From: a bacterium
Lineage (GTDB): Bacteria > Patescibacteriota > Minisyncoccia > Phycocordibacterales > UBA9973
Length of the DNA stretch: 64,000 nt
Assembly (NCBI GenBank): GCA_021824345.1
Contig: JAKAKW010000002.1
Span: 86,552 to 150,551, forward strand
Direction: 5' to 3'
The number at the start of each line of letters is the position of its first letter. Position 1 is the stretch's first letter. Shown here piece by piece: positions 8,695 to 17,817 of the stretch. The notes beneath the pieces are model-generated. The model saw only the letters and a list, made by a program, of their open reading frames with translations. It did not search any database and had not been told where the DNA came from. The translations under genes were made by a program, and so were the position numbers.

Positions 8695-9162
8695 ATGCCG
8701 CCCGCAACCTCAATCAACACCCTGGATTTTATAGGGCTATTTATATTTCTCGCCGGATTTATCATCGGTCTCGGCGCGGTGACCGTCATAGACATTCACG
8801 GGTTTCTCGGCCGAAAATCATCCTACTGGACTGAAGCGACCACTCGAGCGCATAAAGTGACCAAGCCATTGATCTGGGCGGGGACAATTCTCGCCATTCT
8901 CGGCGGACTGATTTTCTACCGTAATGTTGCCTTCGCCGGCATCCCGCTCATTCATGCGCTCATCGCTCTCGTCCTAATCTTAAACGGCTGTTTCCTTTCA
9001 TTCAAAGTAAGCCCGTTTCTCCTCAAGCGGGAAAGGGAGGGAAAATCCGGAGAATTGCTTCCGAAGGAGTGGCAGAAAAAAATCATGGCAAGCCTTATAG
9101 TGTCCGACATCGGCTGGTGGGGAGGGCTGATCCTGCTTGTTTTCTATCTGCTTAATCGCTAA
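8695..9162 (+). CDS. Hypothetical 4-TM membrane protein
   Basis: Four hydrophobic helices. TATAAT at about 8681 precedes the ORF. No recognisable catalytic motif. Confidence 0.4.
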   Translation: MPPATSINTLDFIGLFIFLAGFIIGLGAVTVIDIHGFLGRKSSYWTEATTRAHKVTKPLIWAGTILAILGGLIFYRNVAFAGIPLIHALIALVLILNGCFLSFKVSPFLLKREREGKSGELLPKEWQKKIMASLIVSDIGWWGGLILLVFYLLNR

Positions 9163-9167
9163 AGCGC

Positions 9168-9680
9168 ATGAAAAAGAAAACCGTAAAAGTGAACGACAAA
9201 ATGCAGAAAGGGTATCGGTATGAATTGACCGAGCCGGCAGGACGGAATTTCCATCCGGATTTCAAGCCCGACCTTACCCCGAAGCAAATGCTCGCGCTCG
9301 GAGTTTTCGGCGGGAAGTACATGACGGACTGCAAAAAAGAATTTCCGAAGTCGTGGTTTACCCGCGCCAAGCTTTCTCCGAAACATCACGACGATACTTT
9401 GAACTACTTCCACAAACACGCCAGCCAACCGCTTAAGGTGTGGAAAGAGAAGGGGTGGATAAACAAGAAGCACGATCCGCGCGGATGGTTTCAGTGGTAT
9501 TGCCGGTATTACATGGGCCGGCGACTGCCAGAAGAAGACGCCCGGCAGATAAAACGCTGGAAAGCGATTCGGCGGCACATGGCTCAAATCACCAAGAATT
9601 GTCGGCCAGGCGACACGTCCTGCCGTCCCGGCCAGCGCCAAGCGCTTTTACACTGGGCATACGACAGTAGGAAAATATAA
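9168..9680 (+). CDS. Conserved hypothetical protein (motif DPRGWFQWYCRYYMGRR...DARQIKRWK)
   Basis: Intact 170-aa ORF with a Trp/Tyr/Arg-rich conserved-looking block. No domain I can name with confidence. Confidence 0.45.
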   Translation: MKKKTVKVNDKMQKGYRYELTEPAGRNFHPDFKPDLTPKQMLALGVFGGKYMTDCKKEFPKSWFTRAKLSPKHHDDTLNYFHKHASQPLKVWKEKGWINKKHDPRGWFQWYCRYYMGRRLPEEDARQIKRWKAIRRHMAQITKNCRPGDTSCRPGQRQALLHWAYDSRKI

Positions 9681-9696
9681 GCGCTGCGGCTGGACG

Positions 9697-10185
9697 CTAG
9701 GAAGCATGTTCCGCGAAGCGCGGATGTTTCTTATAGAAGTTATACTCGTGCCAAGTGAGCCAGATGATCAGGAGATCAAACAAAGAAAGAAGAATCAAGA
9801 AAGCTGAATGAGTGTAGCTATAGCGGTAAATTTGATATGCAATGAAAAGGAAGAGGACGACGATGGCTGTGGGGTATACCCACAGCTTTTTCTTTAAGAG
9901 GCCTGCGACAAGAAAAATTTTTACTACTCCGTGGATTAACAGATATGCCGCCCAGAAAAGCTGGGTGTGTCCGGAAAAGTAGGGGATAAGATTCCGCATG
10001 CCGTTGGCCACCATATCCGTAGGATTTTCCAGAAGCTCTCCGCGAGTGAGGGAAATGATGAGGGAAGTTACGCTTCCGGTAAAGAGGAACATTATTCCGC
10101 CCGCAATTTCCAAAAGAGAGTCCAAGCCTTTTATAAGAAGGCTGATTACGAATACTCGATGGATATTTTTTTCCCGCATCTTCAC
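9697..10185 (-). CDS. Hypothetical integral membrane protein (DUF2127-like, 4-5 TM)
   Basis: Hydrophobic helices throughout, with a GELLENPTD motif. Family assignment is tentative. Confidence 0.45.
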   Translation of the reverse strand: MKMREKNIHRVFVISLLIKGLDSLLEIAGGIMFLFTGSVTSLIISLTRGELLENPTDMVANGMRNLIPYFSGHTQLFWAAYLLIHGVVKIFLVAGLLKKKLWVYPTAIVVLFLFIAYQIYRYSYTHSAFLILLSLFDLLIIWLTWHEYNFYKKHPRFAEHAS

Positions 10186-10231
10186 TATTCTCCCATTTTA
10201 CACTTTTTCAAGCCGGATCCAAGCAATGAGC

Positions 10232-10261
10232 TTGACAGTATATACCCCCTGGGGGTATATT
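10232..10261 (+). promoter_or_regulatory. csoR promoter with embedded CsoR-type operator palindrome TATACCCCCTGGGGGTATA
   Basis: -35 TTGACA at 10232..10237, 18-bp spacer, -10 TATATT at 10256..10261. A perfect 19-bp GC-cored inverted repeat at 10241..10259 resembles known CsoR operators (ATACCC..GGGGTAT). Confidence 0.6.
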
Positions 10262-10267
10262 GGAAAC

Positions 10268-10564
10268 ATGAAATCGCATAAACACACGCATTCAACGGGT
10301 TCTGATTATGAAAAGAAAGCGATTCGCCGCCTGCGCATTGCCGAAGGACAGGTGCGGGGATTGGAAAAGATGCTCCTAGACGGCAAATATTGCATCGATA
10401 TTATTAATCAGTCCCAAGCCGTCAAAGAGGCTCTTGCAGGTTTTGAAAATTTAGTACTGGAGCATCACCTAAAAACTCATGTTGCCGAACAAATGAAAAA
10501 AGGAGAACAAGCGAAAGCGGCCAAAGAGATCCTGTCGGTCTACAAAATTTCAAGAAAAAAGTAA
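10268..10564 (+). CDS. csoR: CsoR/RcnR-family metal-sensing transcriptional repressor
   Basis: Matches the CsoR core RLRIAEGQVRGLEKMLLDGKYCIDIINQSQAVKEALAGFENLVLEHHLKTHV (Cys/His ligands). The true start is the internal ATG at 10268. The upstream part of ORF 9998.. overlaps the opposite-strand gene. Confidence 0.75.
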   Translation: MKSHKHTHSTGSDYEKKAIRRLRIAEGQVRGLEKMLLDGKYCIDIINQSQAVKEALAGFENLVLEHHLKTHVAEQMKKGEQAKAAKEILSVYKISRKK

Positions 10565-10567
10565 ACA

Positions 10568-12745
10568 ATGGATTGTTGCGAGCATAAAAAATCTGACAGT
10601 GAAGAACACGGCAACATGAGAGCAGTTTCCGGCGGGGCTATGTACGCCTGCCCGATGGATCCGGATGTGGTAAGCGACACGCCGGGTAAATGCCCGAAGT
10701 GCGGAATGGATTTAGTTTCCGTGGGGATGGAGCAGGCAGGAGGCATCGGCGGCCACGGCAAACAGGACGGCCATGCGGGGAATTCCATGCGCCCCCGGGG
10801 GGCGGAGCAGGATTTTAGGCTCAGATTTTTTATCACGCTGCCCTTCGTGCTTCTGGCGATGGCGCTATCGCTGAATATTCAGAAATGGCTGGGCTTCCAT
10901 TTTAATTTTTCCGGCCGGGATATCGTTCTTTTTCTAGACGGCGCCATTGTCTTCTTCTATGGAGGCTGGCCGTTTTTCAAAGCGTCAAAGGGGGAACTTT
11001 CCCAAAAGAATCCGGCCATGATGACGTTAGTGGCTTTTGGTATTACCGTCGCCTTCTTTTTTTCCATAGCCGCCACTTTTATGTTTTCCGGCGAATCCCT
11101 GTATTGGGAAATGGCCACTTTGATTTCGGTGTTTCTTCTTGGCCACTGGCTGGAAATGCGGGCGGTACGGGGAGCCACCGGCGCCCTCACCGAACTTGCC
11201 AAGCTCATACCTCCTTCCGCGCATCTTCTTAAAGGCGGAAGCACTTCCGAAGTGGAAACCGGACAGCTCTCCATCGGCGACAATATTTTGATTAAACCGG
11301 GAGAAAAAATTCCGATTGACGGAAAAGTGGCGGAAGGAGAAAGTTCCGTGAACGAAGCCATGATTACCGGGGAATCGCGCCCCGTCGCAAAAAAGGCGGG
11401 CGACGCGGTCATCGGGGGATCCATCAATCAGGACGGATCGCTCACGGTGCAAGTTTCAAAAACCGGGACCGACACCGCCGTCGCGCAGATAATGAAACTT
11501 GTGAGAGAAGCGCAGGGTTCCAAGCCGAATGTACAGCATTTGGCCGATAAAGCGGCGGCCGTATTGTTTTACGTAGCAGTTGCCGCAGGAGTTCTGGCCT
11601 TTGTTTTCTGGTTCTTTATTTTTCCGCAAGGAGCGATTTTTGCCGTTACGGTTGCCGTCGCGGCTGTTGTAGTTGCCTGCCCGCACGCGCTCGGCTTGGC
11701 AATTCCGACCGTTACTTCTATCACCGCCGCTCTTGGAGCGAGGAACGGCGTTTTAATAAAAGATATGAAAGGGCTGGAAATAGCCAGGAAATTGGACTAT
11801 GTTATTTTAGACAAAACGGGAACTTTAACTGAGGGAGAATTCGGAATTTCCGATATTGTTCTTGCGGATAATTCCACTGTCGGGGGTAAAAACGAACTCC
11901 TGCGGATGGCCGCCGCGGTTGAGGCGCCGTCAGAGCATTCAATAGCGAAGGCGATTGTCCGCAGAGCAAAAGAAAGAAATTTGCCAATTCCGGAAATCAA
12001 GGGATTCAAATCATTCCCCGGCAAAGGCGCAAAAGGAGAAACGGAAGGAAGAAATATTCTAGTCGGCAGTAAGGCGTTCTTGCTTGATCAAAAAATAGAG
12101 ATTACCGGGAATTTAAATTTCAATGAGACAGATACCCCGGCATATGTTGCGATAGGCAATGCGTTTGCCGGAACGATACTTCTATCGGATGCGGTTAGGG
12201 ATGAATCCAAAGAGGCGATTCAAAAACTGCATGCCTTGGGAATCAAAACCGCCATGCTTACCGGGGATACGCAAGAAGCGGCGGAGAAGGTTGGAAAAGA
12301 ACTGGGGATCGATAAGGTATTTGCCCATGTCCTGCCGGAAGACAAAGTAAATAAGGTAAAAGAATTGCAGGACGAAGGCAATATAGTGGCCATGGTGGGC
12401 GACGGAGTGAACGACGCGGCGGCGCTTGCCCAATCCCATGTCGGCATCGCCATCGGCGCCGGCACGGATGTGGCTATAGAATCGGCGGAGATTGTTCTCA
12501 TGAAGAGCAATCCGTTAGATATAGTCAAAGCCATAAAGCTCAGCCGGAAAACGAACCGTAAAATGCTGCAGAACCTCGCCTGGGCGGCGGGCTATAACGT
12601 ATTTGCTATTCCCATCGCCGCCGGAGCGCTTTATCCGTCTCTCGGCATTCTGCTTCGGCCAGAGTGGGCGGCGCTTTTAATGAGCGCTTCTTCGGTCATT
12701 GTGGTAATTAATGCGCTGTTTTTGCGCCGAGAGAAGCTGAGTTGA
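10568..12745 (+). CDS. copB: Heavy-metal (copper) P1B-type ATPase, CPH-motif (CopB-like)
   Basis: N-terminal CPMDPDVVSDTPGKCPKCGMDL metal-binding zinc-ribbon, His-rich stretch, TM motif ACPHALGLA (CPH), DKTGTLT, GDGVNDAAAL. Sits immediately downstream of csoR. Confidence 0.8.
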   Translation: MDCCEHKKSDSEEHGNMRAVSGGAMYACPMDPDVVSDTPGKCPKCGMDLVSVGMEQAGGIGGHGKQDGHAGNSMRPRGAEQDFRLRFFITLPFVLLAMALSLNIQKWLGFHFNFSGRDIVLFLDGAIVFFYGGWPFFKASKGELSQKNPAMMTLVAFGITVAFFFSIAATFMFSGESLYWEMATLISVFLLGHWLEMRAVRGATGALTELAKLIPPSAHLLKGGSTSEVETGQLSIGDNILIKPGEKIPIDGKVAEGESSVNEAMITGESRPVAKKAGDAVIGGSINQDGSLTVQVSKTGTDTAVAQIMKLVREAQGSKPNVQHLADKAAAVLFYVAVAAGVLAFVFWFFIFPQGAIFAVTVAVAAVVVACPHALGLAIPTVTSITAALGARNGVLIKDMKGLEIARKLDYVILDKTGTLTEGEFGISDIVLADNSTVGGKNELLRMAAAVEAPSEHSIAKAIVRRAKERNLPIPEIKGFKSFPGKGAKGETEGRNILVGSKAFLLDQKIEITGNLNFNETDTPAYVAIGNAFAGTILLSDAVRDESKEAIQKLHALGIKTAMLTGDTQEAAEKVGKELGIDKVFAHVLPEDKVNKVKELQDEGNIVAMVGDGVNDAAALAQSHVGIAIGAGTDVAIESAEIVLMKSNPLDIVKAIKLSRKTNRKMLQNLAWAAGYNVFAIPIAAGALYPSLGILLRPEWAALLMSASSVIVVINALFLRREKLS

Positions 12746-12746
12746 T

Positions 12747-13085
12747 ATGCATCTGAAAAATAAATTTAAAAAAATGACGGCGTTTCTGATTCTGGCAGTA
12801 TTTATAGCCGTCATTTTTTCTTCGGCTGTTTTCATGGCGCACAGCTCGTCGGCCAACTGTCCATTGTCGGCCACAGGCACCTCTCTGTGTCCTCTTGAGC
12901 CCGCCTTCTTGATTTTACACGAAGCTTTTTTGCAAAATGATTTTTTTAATCCAATAGCCGTTTGTCTGGTTTTCCTTCCTTTTTTGGTTTTTCCATTGCG
13001 TTTTCTGATTTCATTTGATTTTTCCGTCCGCCGGAGAACAATGCGTTGGCTTTCCCTTTTTGAGAACAGTCCCTCTTTCGTGTAG
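12747..13085 (+). CDS. Small hypothetical membrane protein, translationally coupled to the Cu-ATPase
   Basis: Starts 2 nt after the copB stop. Two hydrophobic segments and two Cys pairs. No known domain recognised. Confidence 0.3.
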   Translation: MHLKNKFKKMTAFLILAVFIAVIFSSAVFMAHSSSANCPLSATGTSLCPLEPAFLILHEAFLQNDFFNPIAVCLVFLPFLVFPLRFLISFDFSVRRRTMRWLSLFENSPSFV

Positions 13086-13177
13086 CGCAAAAAGGAAGCA
13101 ATTTCTTTTTTGCGTGTTTTAAATCCGCGCTGTCGAAGGTCGGATTTCTTTTAATTCATTCAAAACATATAAAAAAA

Positions 13178-13699
13178 ATGAAACCAAAAAAAATTATTAT
13201 TTCCCTCGGGATAGCTTTTATTCTTTTCGGGCTTGTCGTTTGGGGCAGGGTGGCAAGCAAGAGAGATACTGTGCCTTCAACCGGTCCTCTTCTCGGACAG
13301 GTTCTGCCCAATGAGGCCAGAAATCACGTGCCGGACGGAACTCAAGTAACTTATGATTCCAATCCTCCGGCAGGAGGCCCGCATTATGCGGAAACTGCGC
13401 ATGTCGGGATTTACGGCCGGGCTCCATCAGACGGATATCTTGTTCACAGCCTGGAACACGGGGCAGTCATAATATGGTATCAGCCCGGCCTGTCCGAAGC
13501 CGAGATTAAACAACTGAAAAATATATATGATTCCGTGCCGGTAAACAAAAAGATCATGGTGCCGAGGGAAAGCCTTAATGTTCCCGTAGCCCTGTCTTCA
13601 TGGGGAAGAGTTCTTAAGCTCTCTTCCATTAACGAATCCGAAATTAAAGAATTCATGGAGACCAATTACGATCGCGCCCCGGAGCAGGAATCAATATAA
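13178..13699 (+). CDS. DUF3105-family protein with N-terminal membrane anchor
   Basis: N-terminal TM helix. PPAGGPHY and LEHGAVIIWYQPG motifs resemble DUF3105. Confidence 0.45.
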   Translation: MKPKKIIISLGIAFILFGLVVWGRVASKRDTVPSTGPLLGQVLPNEARNHVPDGTQVTYDSNPPAGGPHYAETAHVGIYGRAPSDGYLVHSLEHGAVIIWYQPGLSEAEIKQLKNIYDSVPVNKKIMVPRESLNVPVALSSWGRVLKLSSINESEIKEFMETNYDRAPEQESI

Positions 13700-13757
13700 C
13701 CCGCAAAGTTTTTCTTTCCCGAACGGTTCGGGATGCATATTCGGTTCCGGAAACAAC

Positions 13758-13790
13758 CCGGAAGGAAGCAAAGCTTCCTTCCGGGTTTTC
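13758..13790 (+). terminator. Intrinsic terminator (cccggaaggaagc aaa gcttccttccggg + T-run)
   Basis: Perfect 13-bp inverted repeat followed by ttttcgtgtt. Confidence 0.6.
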
Positions 13791-13798
13791 GTGTTAGA

Positions 13799-14266
13799 AT
13801 GCCTTCTGTGAAGCATTTTGTTTCAAAAAACGAAAAAGACACTCGGACGGTTGCGAAGGAAATTCTGGATGAAATAATGAAGGACGGAAAGGAACGTTCC
13901 CGGGCCCTGGTAGTGGCCCTCTCCGGGAATCTTGGATCGGGTAAAACCGCTTTTACCAAGGCGGCTGCCCGCAATTTGGGAATAAAAAGCCGGATAACCA
14001 GCCCCACTTTCGTGATTATGAAGAGGCATTCCTTTTCTGCCGGAAAGGGATCAAAAGAATTCAAATTTTTTTTCCATATAGATGCCTATCGTCTAAGGAA
14101 TGAAAAGGAAATACTTAGCTTGGGATGGAAAGAAATTTCGGATGACAAAAACAACCTCATTTTCATTGAATGGCCGGAAAACATTCAAAAAGTTTTACCT
14201 CGCGGAGCGCGGCGCATAAGCGTCTCGGCAGACAAAACCGGCGCAAGGCATTTTAAATTTAAATGA
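13799..14266 (+). CDS. tsaE: tRNA t6A37 biosynthesis ATPase TsaE (YjeE)
   Basis: LSGNLGSGKTAFTK Walker A, SPTFVIM, HIDAYRL, and IEWPE motifs. Start set at the ATG after the terminator. Confidence 0.75.
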   Translation: MPSVKHFVSKNEKDTRTVAKEILDEIMKDGKERSRALVVALSGNLGSGKTAFTKAAARNLGIKSRITSPTFVIMKRHSFSAGKGSKEFKFFFHIDAYRLRNEKEILSLGWKEISDDKNNLIFIEWPENIQKVLPRGARRISVSADKTGARHFKFK

Positions 14267-14826
14267 ACAGAAAAAACGCGTGGAAAAATGAAAAATTGGC
14301 GGAAACGCTCTTGCAAGGAAAAATAGCGGTGATGCCCACCGATACTATTTACGGTATCGTGGCCAAAGCGGAAAATCGGGAAGCGGTGGAGCGCGTTTAT
14401 GCGGCAAGGGGAAGGGATAGCCGGAAGCCTTGCATAATTTTAATCGGCGAAGAAGAACAACTGGAAAAATTTTCGATAGCGCTGTCCGAAAAACAGAAAG
14501 CTGAATTGGGTAAATATTGGCCCGGACCGATCAGTATTGTTTTTAACTGCCCGGCGGAAAACCTGGAATACCTGCATCGGGGAACGAAAAGCCTGGCCTT
14601 CCGCCTACCGGCAAATTTAATGCTTCGCGAACTGCTTTTGAAAGCCGGTCCTCTTGTTGCGCCTTCGGCCAATACTGAAGGCGCGGCCCCCGCCCGCACC
14701 ATAGCGGAAGCCGAAAAATATTTCGGCGACTCGGTTGACTTTTATGCTGACGGCGGAACCTTGGAAGGCGCTCCGTCCCGGGTCGTAAAGTTGAACGCCG
14801 ACGGAAGAGCGGATATAATTAGATGA
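14263..14826 (+). CDS. tsaC: L-threonylcarbamoyladenylate synthase TsaC/YrdC
   Basis: PTDTIYGIVAKA, KPCIIL, WPGPISIVF, APSAN and YADGG motifs of the YrdC/Sua5 family. Confidence 0.75.
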   Translation: MNRKNAWKNEKLAETLLQGKIAVMPTDTIYGIVAKAENREAVERVYAARGRDSRKPCIILIGEEEQLEKFSIALSEKQKAELGKYWPGPISIVFNCPAENLEYLHRGTKSLAFRLPANLMLRELLLKAGPLVAPSANTEGAAPARTIAEAEKYFGDSVDFYADGGTLEGAPSRVVKLNADGRADIIR

Positions 14827-16154
14827 TGAATCAAGAGACTCCTTCTTCTTCCGTTTCCGAGGACGCTCCAAAAAATTCCGGCGGCCCGCTGGTGAAATTC
14901 CGCAAACATTATTGGAAGATACTTGGACCGGGGCTTACCACCGGCGCGGCGGACGATGATCCATCCGGCATTGCCACTTATTCGCAGATGGGAGCGCAGA
15001 ACGGTTTCGGCCTTGCCTGGCTGTCGGTCTTCCTTCTCCCGTTCATGGCCACGGTGCAGGAAATGTGCGCCCGCATAGGCTTGGCCACCGGAGCGGGGCT
15101 TGCTTACAATATCAAGCGCCATTATTCCCGGAAAGTTCTGATGTTCTCCACTTTCCTTCTTTTGTTCGCCAACGTGTTCAACATAGGCGCGGACCTGGGC
15201 GCCATGGCCAAGGCGACGGAACTTCTGGCGCCGGGCGCCAATTTCGTGCTTCTGATTTTTTTCTTCGCGATATTGTCTTTGGCCCTGCAGGTGTTCATAC
15301 CTTACAAAAAATATTCCAAATATCTCAAATATCTTTCTTTTGTGCTGATTGCTTATGTTTTATCCGCGGTATCCATCCGCATGGATTGGCCTTCCGTACT
15401 GCGCCACTTGGTAATACCGACCATAAGCTTTTCCAAGAGTGAAATAATTATCATTGCCGCCGCCTTCGGCACCACCATATCTCCTTATCTTTTTTTCTGG
15501 CAAACGGATCAGGAGATAGAAGAACAGATTGAACGGGGGGAAACGAGCGTTAAGTCCAGAAAGGCAGGGAACACTCCGGAGAAGATCAAAGATATGCGGG
15601 AAGACGTATGGTCCGGAATGGCTTTTTCAAATTTGATAATGTTTTTTATCATTGCCGCCTGCGCCGCCACCTTGTTTCCGAACGGCATTACAAACATAAA
15701 CACTGCGGCCGAAGCGGCCCTGGCCCTGCGGCCGTTTGCCGGCGATTTTGCGTATTTTCTCTTTGCTCTCGGCATTATAGGGACCGGTCTTCTGGCTATC
15801 CCGGTTCTGGCCGGGTCCGCCTCTTATGCCATTTCCGAATCAATGGGCTGGAAGTTCGGCCTATACCGCAAATTCAAACAGGCCGCTTCTTTTTACGGAG
15901 TAATAATCCTCGCCGTGGCGCTTGGCATTGCCATGAATTTTATCGGCCTTGATTCAATTAAAGCTCTCATATACTCAGCAGTGTTGAACGCCGTTGTTTC
16001 TCCCTTGGCGATTTTCTTCATTCTGCGCATCAGCGGCAATGGGAAAATAATGGGTCAATTCAAGAACAAGCCGATTGGAAACATCTTCGGCTGGATAACT
16101 TTTTTCGGAGCGGCTATACTAAGCGCTCTTTCAATATATTTTTTGATATGGTAA
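14823..16154 (+). CDS. NRAMP-family divalent metal transporter (MntH-like)
   Basis: GPGLTTGAADDDPSGIATYSQMGAQ motif (NRAMP DPGN-like), 11-12 TM segments, 443 aa. Confidence 0.65.
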   Translation: MMNQETPSSSVSEDAPKNSGGPLVKFRKHYWKILGPGLTTGAADDDPSGIATYSQMGAQNGFGLAWLSVFLLPFMATVQEMCARIGLATGAGLAYNIKRHYSRKVLMFSTFLLLFANVFNIGADLGAMAKATELLAPGANFVLLIFFFAILSLALQVFIPYKKYSKYLKYLSFVLIAYVLSAVSIRMDWPSVLRHLVIPTISFSKSEIIIIAAAFGTTISPYLFFWQTDQEIEEQIERGETSVKSRKAGNTPEKIKDMREDVWSGMAFSNLIMFFIIAACAATLFPNGITNINTAAEAALALRPFAGDFAYFLFALGIIGTGLLAIPVLAGSASYAISESMGWKFGLYRKFKQAASFYGVIILAVALGIAMNFIGLDSIKALIYSAVLNAVVSPLAIFFILRISGNGKIMGQFKNKPIGNIFGWITFFGAAILSALSIYFLIW

Positions 16155-16209
16155 ACAGTTAGTGCGGATGTCAAGGACGGAGGGCGACCCTCCTTCCTAA
16201 ACGAAAAAT

Positions 16210-17229
16210 ATGATGGTAAAAATTATTGAAAATTACGATTTGTCCAAGCTGAATACTTTCGGAGCGCCGGCGAAAGCGCGGTATTTCGCCGAAGTATCTT
16301 CGGAAGAGGAAGCGCGGGAACTATTTGGGAGCGAAATCTTCAAAAAAGAGAAAAAGCTTTTTATTGGCGGAGGCAGCAACATACTCTTTACTGAAGATTT
16401 TCCCGGCATCGTGGTCCGCGACAATTTGCGCGGAATTGAAATTATAAGTGAAAGCGAAGGAACTGCGAGAATAAAGGCGATGGGGGGAGAACCGTGGGCA
16501 GCCCTTGTTGATTTTTGCGCCGGACGAGGATGGTGGGGCGTGGAAAATCTATCCTTAATTCCCGGCACAGTCGGGGCGGCGCCCATGCAAAATATCGGCG
16601 CTTATGGAGCGGAGTTGAAAAATTCCCTTTACATGGTTGAAGCGCTTGACGTGCAAACGGGGGAGAAAAAAACTTTCCATAGAGACGAATGCGATCTCGG
16701 ATACCGCACCAGCATATTCAAAAGTTCGCTGAAAGGAAAATATTTCATCACCTCTGTCATCTTGGATTTGAAAAAGCATGGAGAAGCGAATACAAGCTAT
16801 CGCGTTCTTTCGGATTATTTGGAGGAAAAGAAAATAACCGTGCGCGGACCCAAAGACGTGAGCGACGCGGTGGCTGAGATACGGCGAAGCAAACTGCCCG
16901 ATCCGGCAAAGATCGGAAACGCCGGAAGCTTTTTCAAGAATATTTTTGTTTCCGAAGAAAAGCTCGCGGAGCTTCTTTCCCGCTTTCCGGACATGCGCTA
17001 TTTCCGGGAGGACGGAACGGCCAAGATACCCGCCGGCTGGCTGATTGAACAGTGCGGTTGGAAAGGGAAGAAGGTCGGCAGGGCGGGGGTGCACGACAAG
17101 CAAGCGCTGGTTTTGGTGAACCTTGGCGGGGCCGATGGAAAAGAAATAAAGCGCCTTGCGGAGATGATTATCCGCTCGGTGGAAGAAAAGTTCGGACTTC
17201 GGCTGGAAACGGAAGTGAATATCTGCTAA
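16210..17229 (+). CDS. murB: UDP-N-acetylenolpyruvoylglucosamine reductase MurB
   Basis: FAD-binding GGGSNILF and the C-terminal MurB domain. Confidence 0.8.
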   Translation: MMVKIIENYDLSKLNTFGAPAKARYFAEVSSEEEARELFGSEIFKKEKKLFIGGGSNILFTEDFPGIVVRDNLRGIEIISESEGTARIKAMGGEPWAALVDFCAGRGWWGVENLSLIPGTVGAAPMQNIGAYGAELKNSLYMVEALDVQTGEKKTFHRDECDLGYRTSIFKSSLKGKYFITSVILDLKKHGEANTSYRVLSDYLEEKKITVRGPKDVSDAVAEIRRSKLPDPAKIGNAGSFFKNIFVSEEKLAELLSRFPDMRYFREDGTAKIPAGWLIEQCGWKGKKVGRAGVHDKQALVLVNLGGADGKEIKRLAEMIIRSVEEKFGLRLETEVNIC

Positions 17230-17261
17230 TATTCAAATATTAGGAATAATTTTTCAAACTA

Positions 17262-17813
17262 ATGAGTGCCAAAACAACCATTATCACGGCCCTAGCGGTA
17301 ATAGCGGTGGTCGTCATCGCAGTGTGGGCTTTTGTAGCCATTAATAAGGACAACAAGGAAGGGCCTGCCATTGCAGCCGACATGTCCGGAAATGCTTCCG
17401 GATCAAACGACAATTCCGGAACTTCCTCCCAATCGTTCGTACCTCATATTGATGGAGTGGATATAACCGTGCTGAAAGAAGGGACCGGCTCTTCGGCTCA
17501 AGCCGGCGACACCGTTTCGGTGAACTATACGGGGAGACTTTCCGACGGAACAGTTTTTGATTCCAACACCGATCCGAAATTCAGCCATGTGGAGCCTTTT
17601 ACCTTCACTCTCGGCGAAGGCCAAGTTATAAGAGGATGGGATGAGGGAGTTGTCGGAATGAAAGTCGGCGAAGAAAGAAAACTGGTTATCAGCCCCAATT
17701 ACGCCTATGGATCCGGCGGAATAAAAGGAATCATTCCGCCGAATTCCACTCTGACTTTTGATGTCACTATGTTATCAGTAAACAGCGGATCCTCCGCAAA
17801 AAGTTCGCAATAA
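17262..17813 (+). CDS. FKBP-type peptidyl-prolyl isomerase, membrane-anchored/secreted
   Basis: N-terminal TM helix. FKBP core GDTVSVNYTGRLSDGTVFDS...FTLGEGQVIRGWDEGVVGMKVGE. Confidence 0.8.
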   Translation: MSAKTTIITALAVIAVVVIAVWAFVAINKDNKEGPAIAADMSGNASGSNDNSGTSSQSFVPHIDGVDITVLKEGTGSSAQAGDTVSVNYTGRLSDGTVFDSNTDPKFSHVEPFTFTLGEGQVIRGWDEGVVGMKVGEERKLVISPNYAYGSGGIKGIIPPNSTLTFDVTMLSVNSGSSAKSSQ

Positions 17814-17817
17814 GAAT

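Noticed and set aside
9998-10267. N-terminal 90 aa of ORF 9998..10564 (upstream of the csoR start)
   Set aside because: Overlaps the minus-strand membrane protein 9697..10185 and reads through the csoR promoter/operator. The CsoR homology begins at the internal ATG 10268.
16155-16209. Hairpin ggagggcgaccctcc between the NRAMP gene and murB as a terminator
   Set aside because: GC stem present but no T-run and only about 55 bp of spacer. Could equally be a chance palindrome. Left uncalled.
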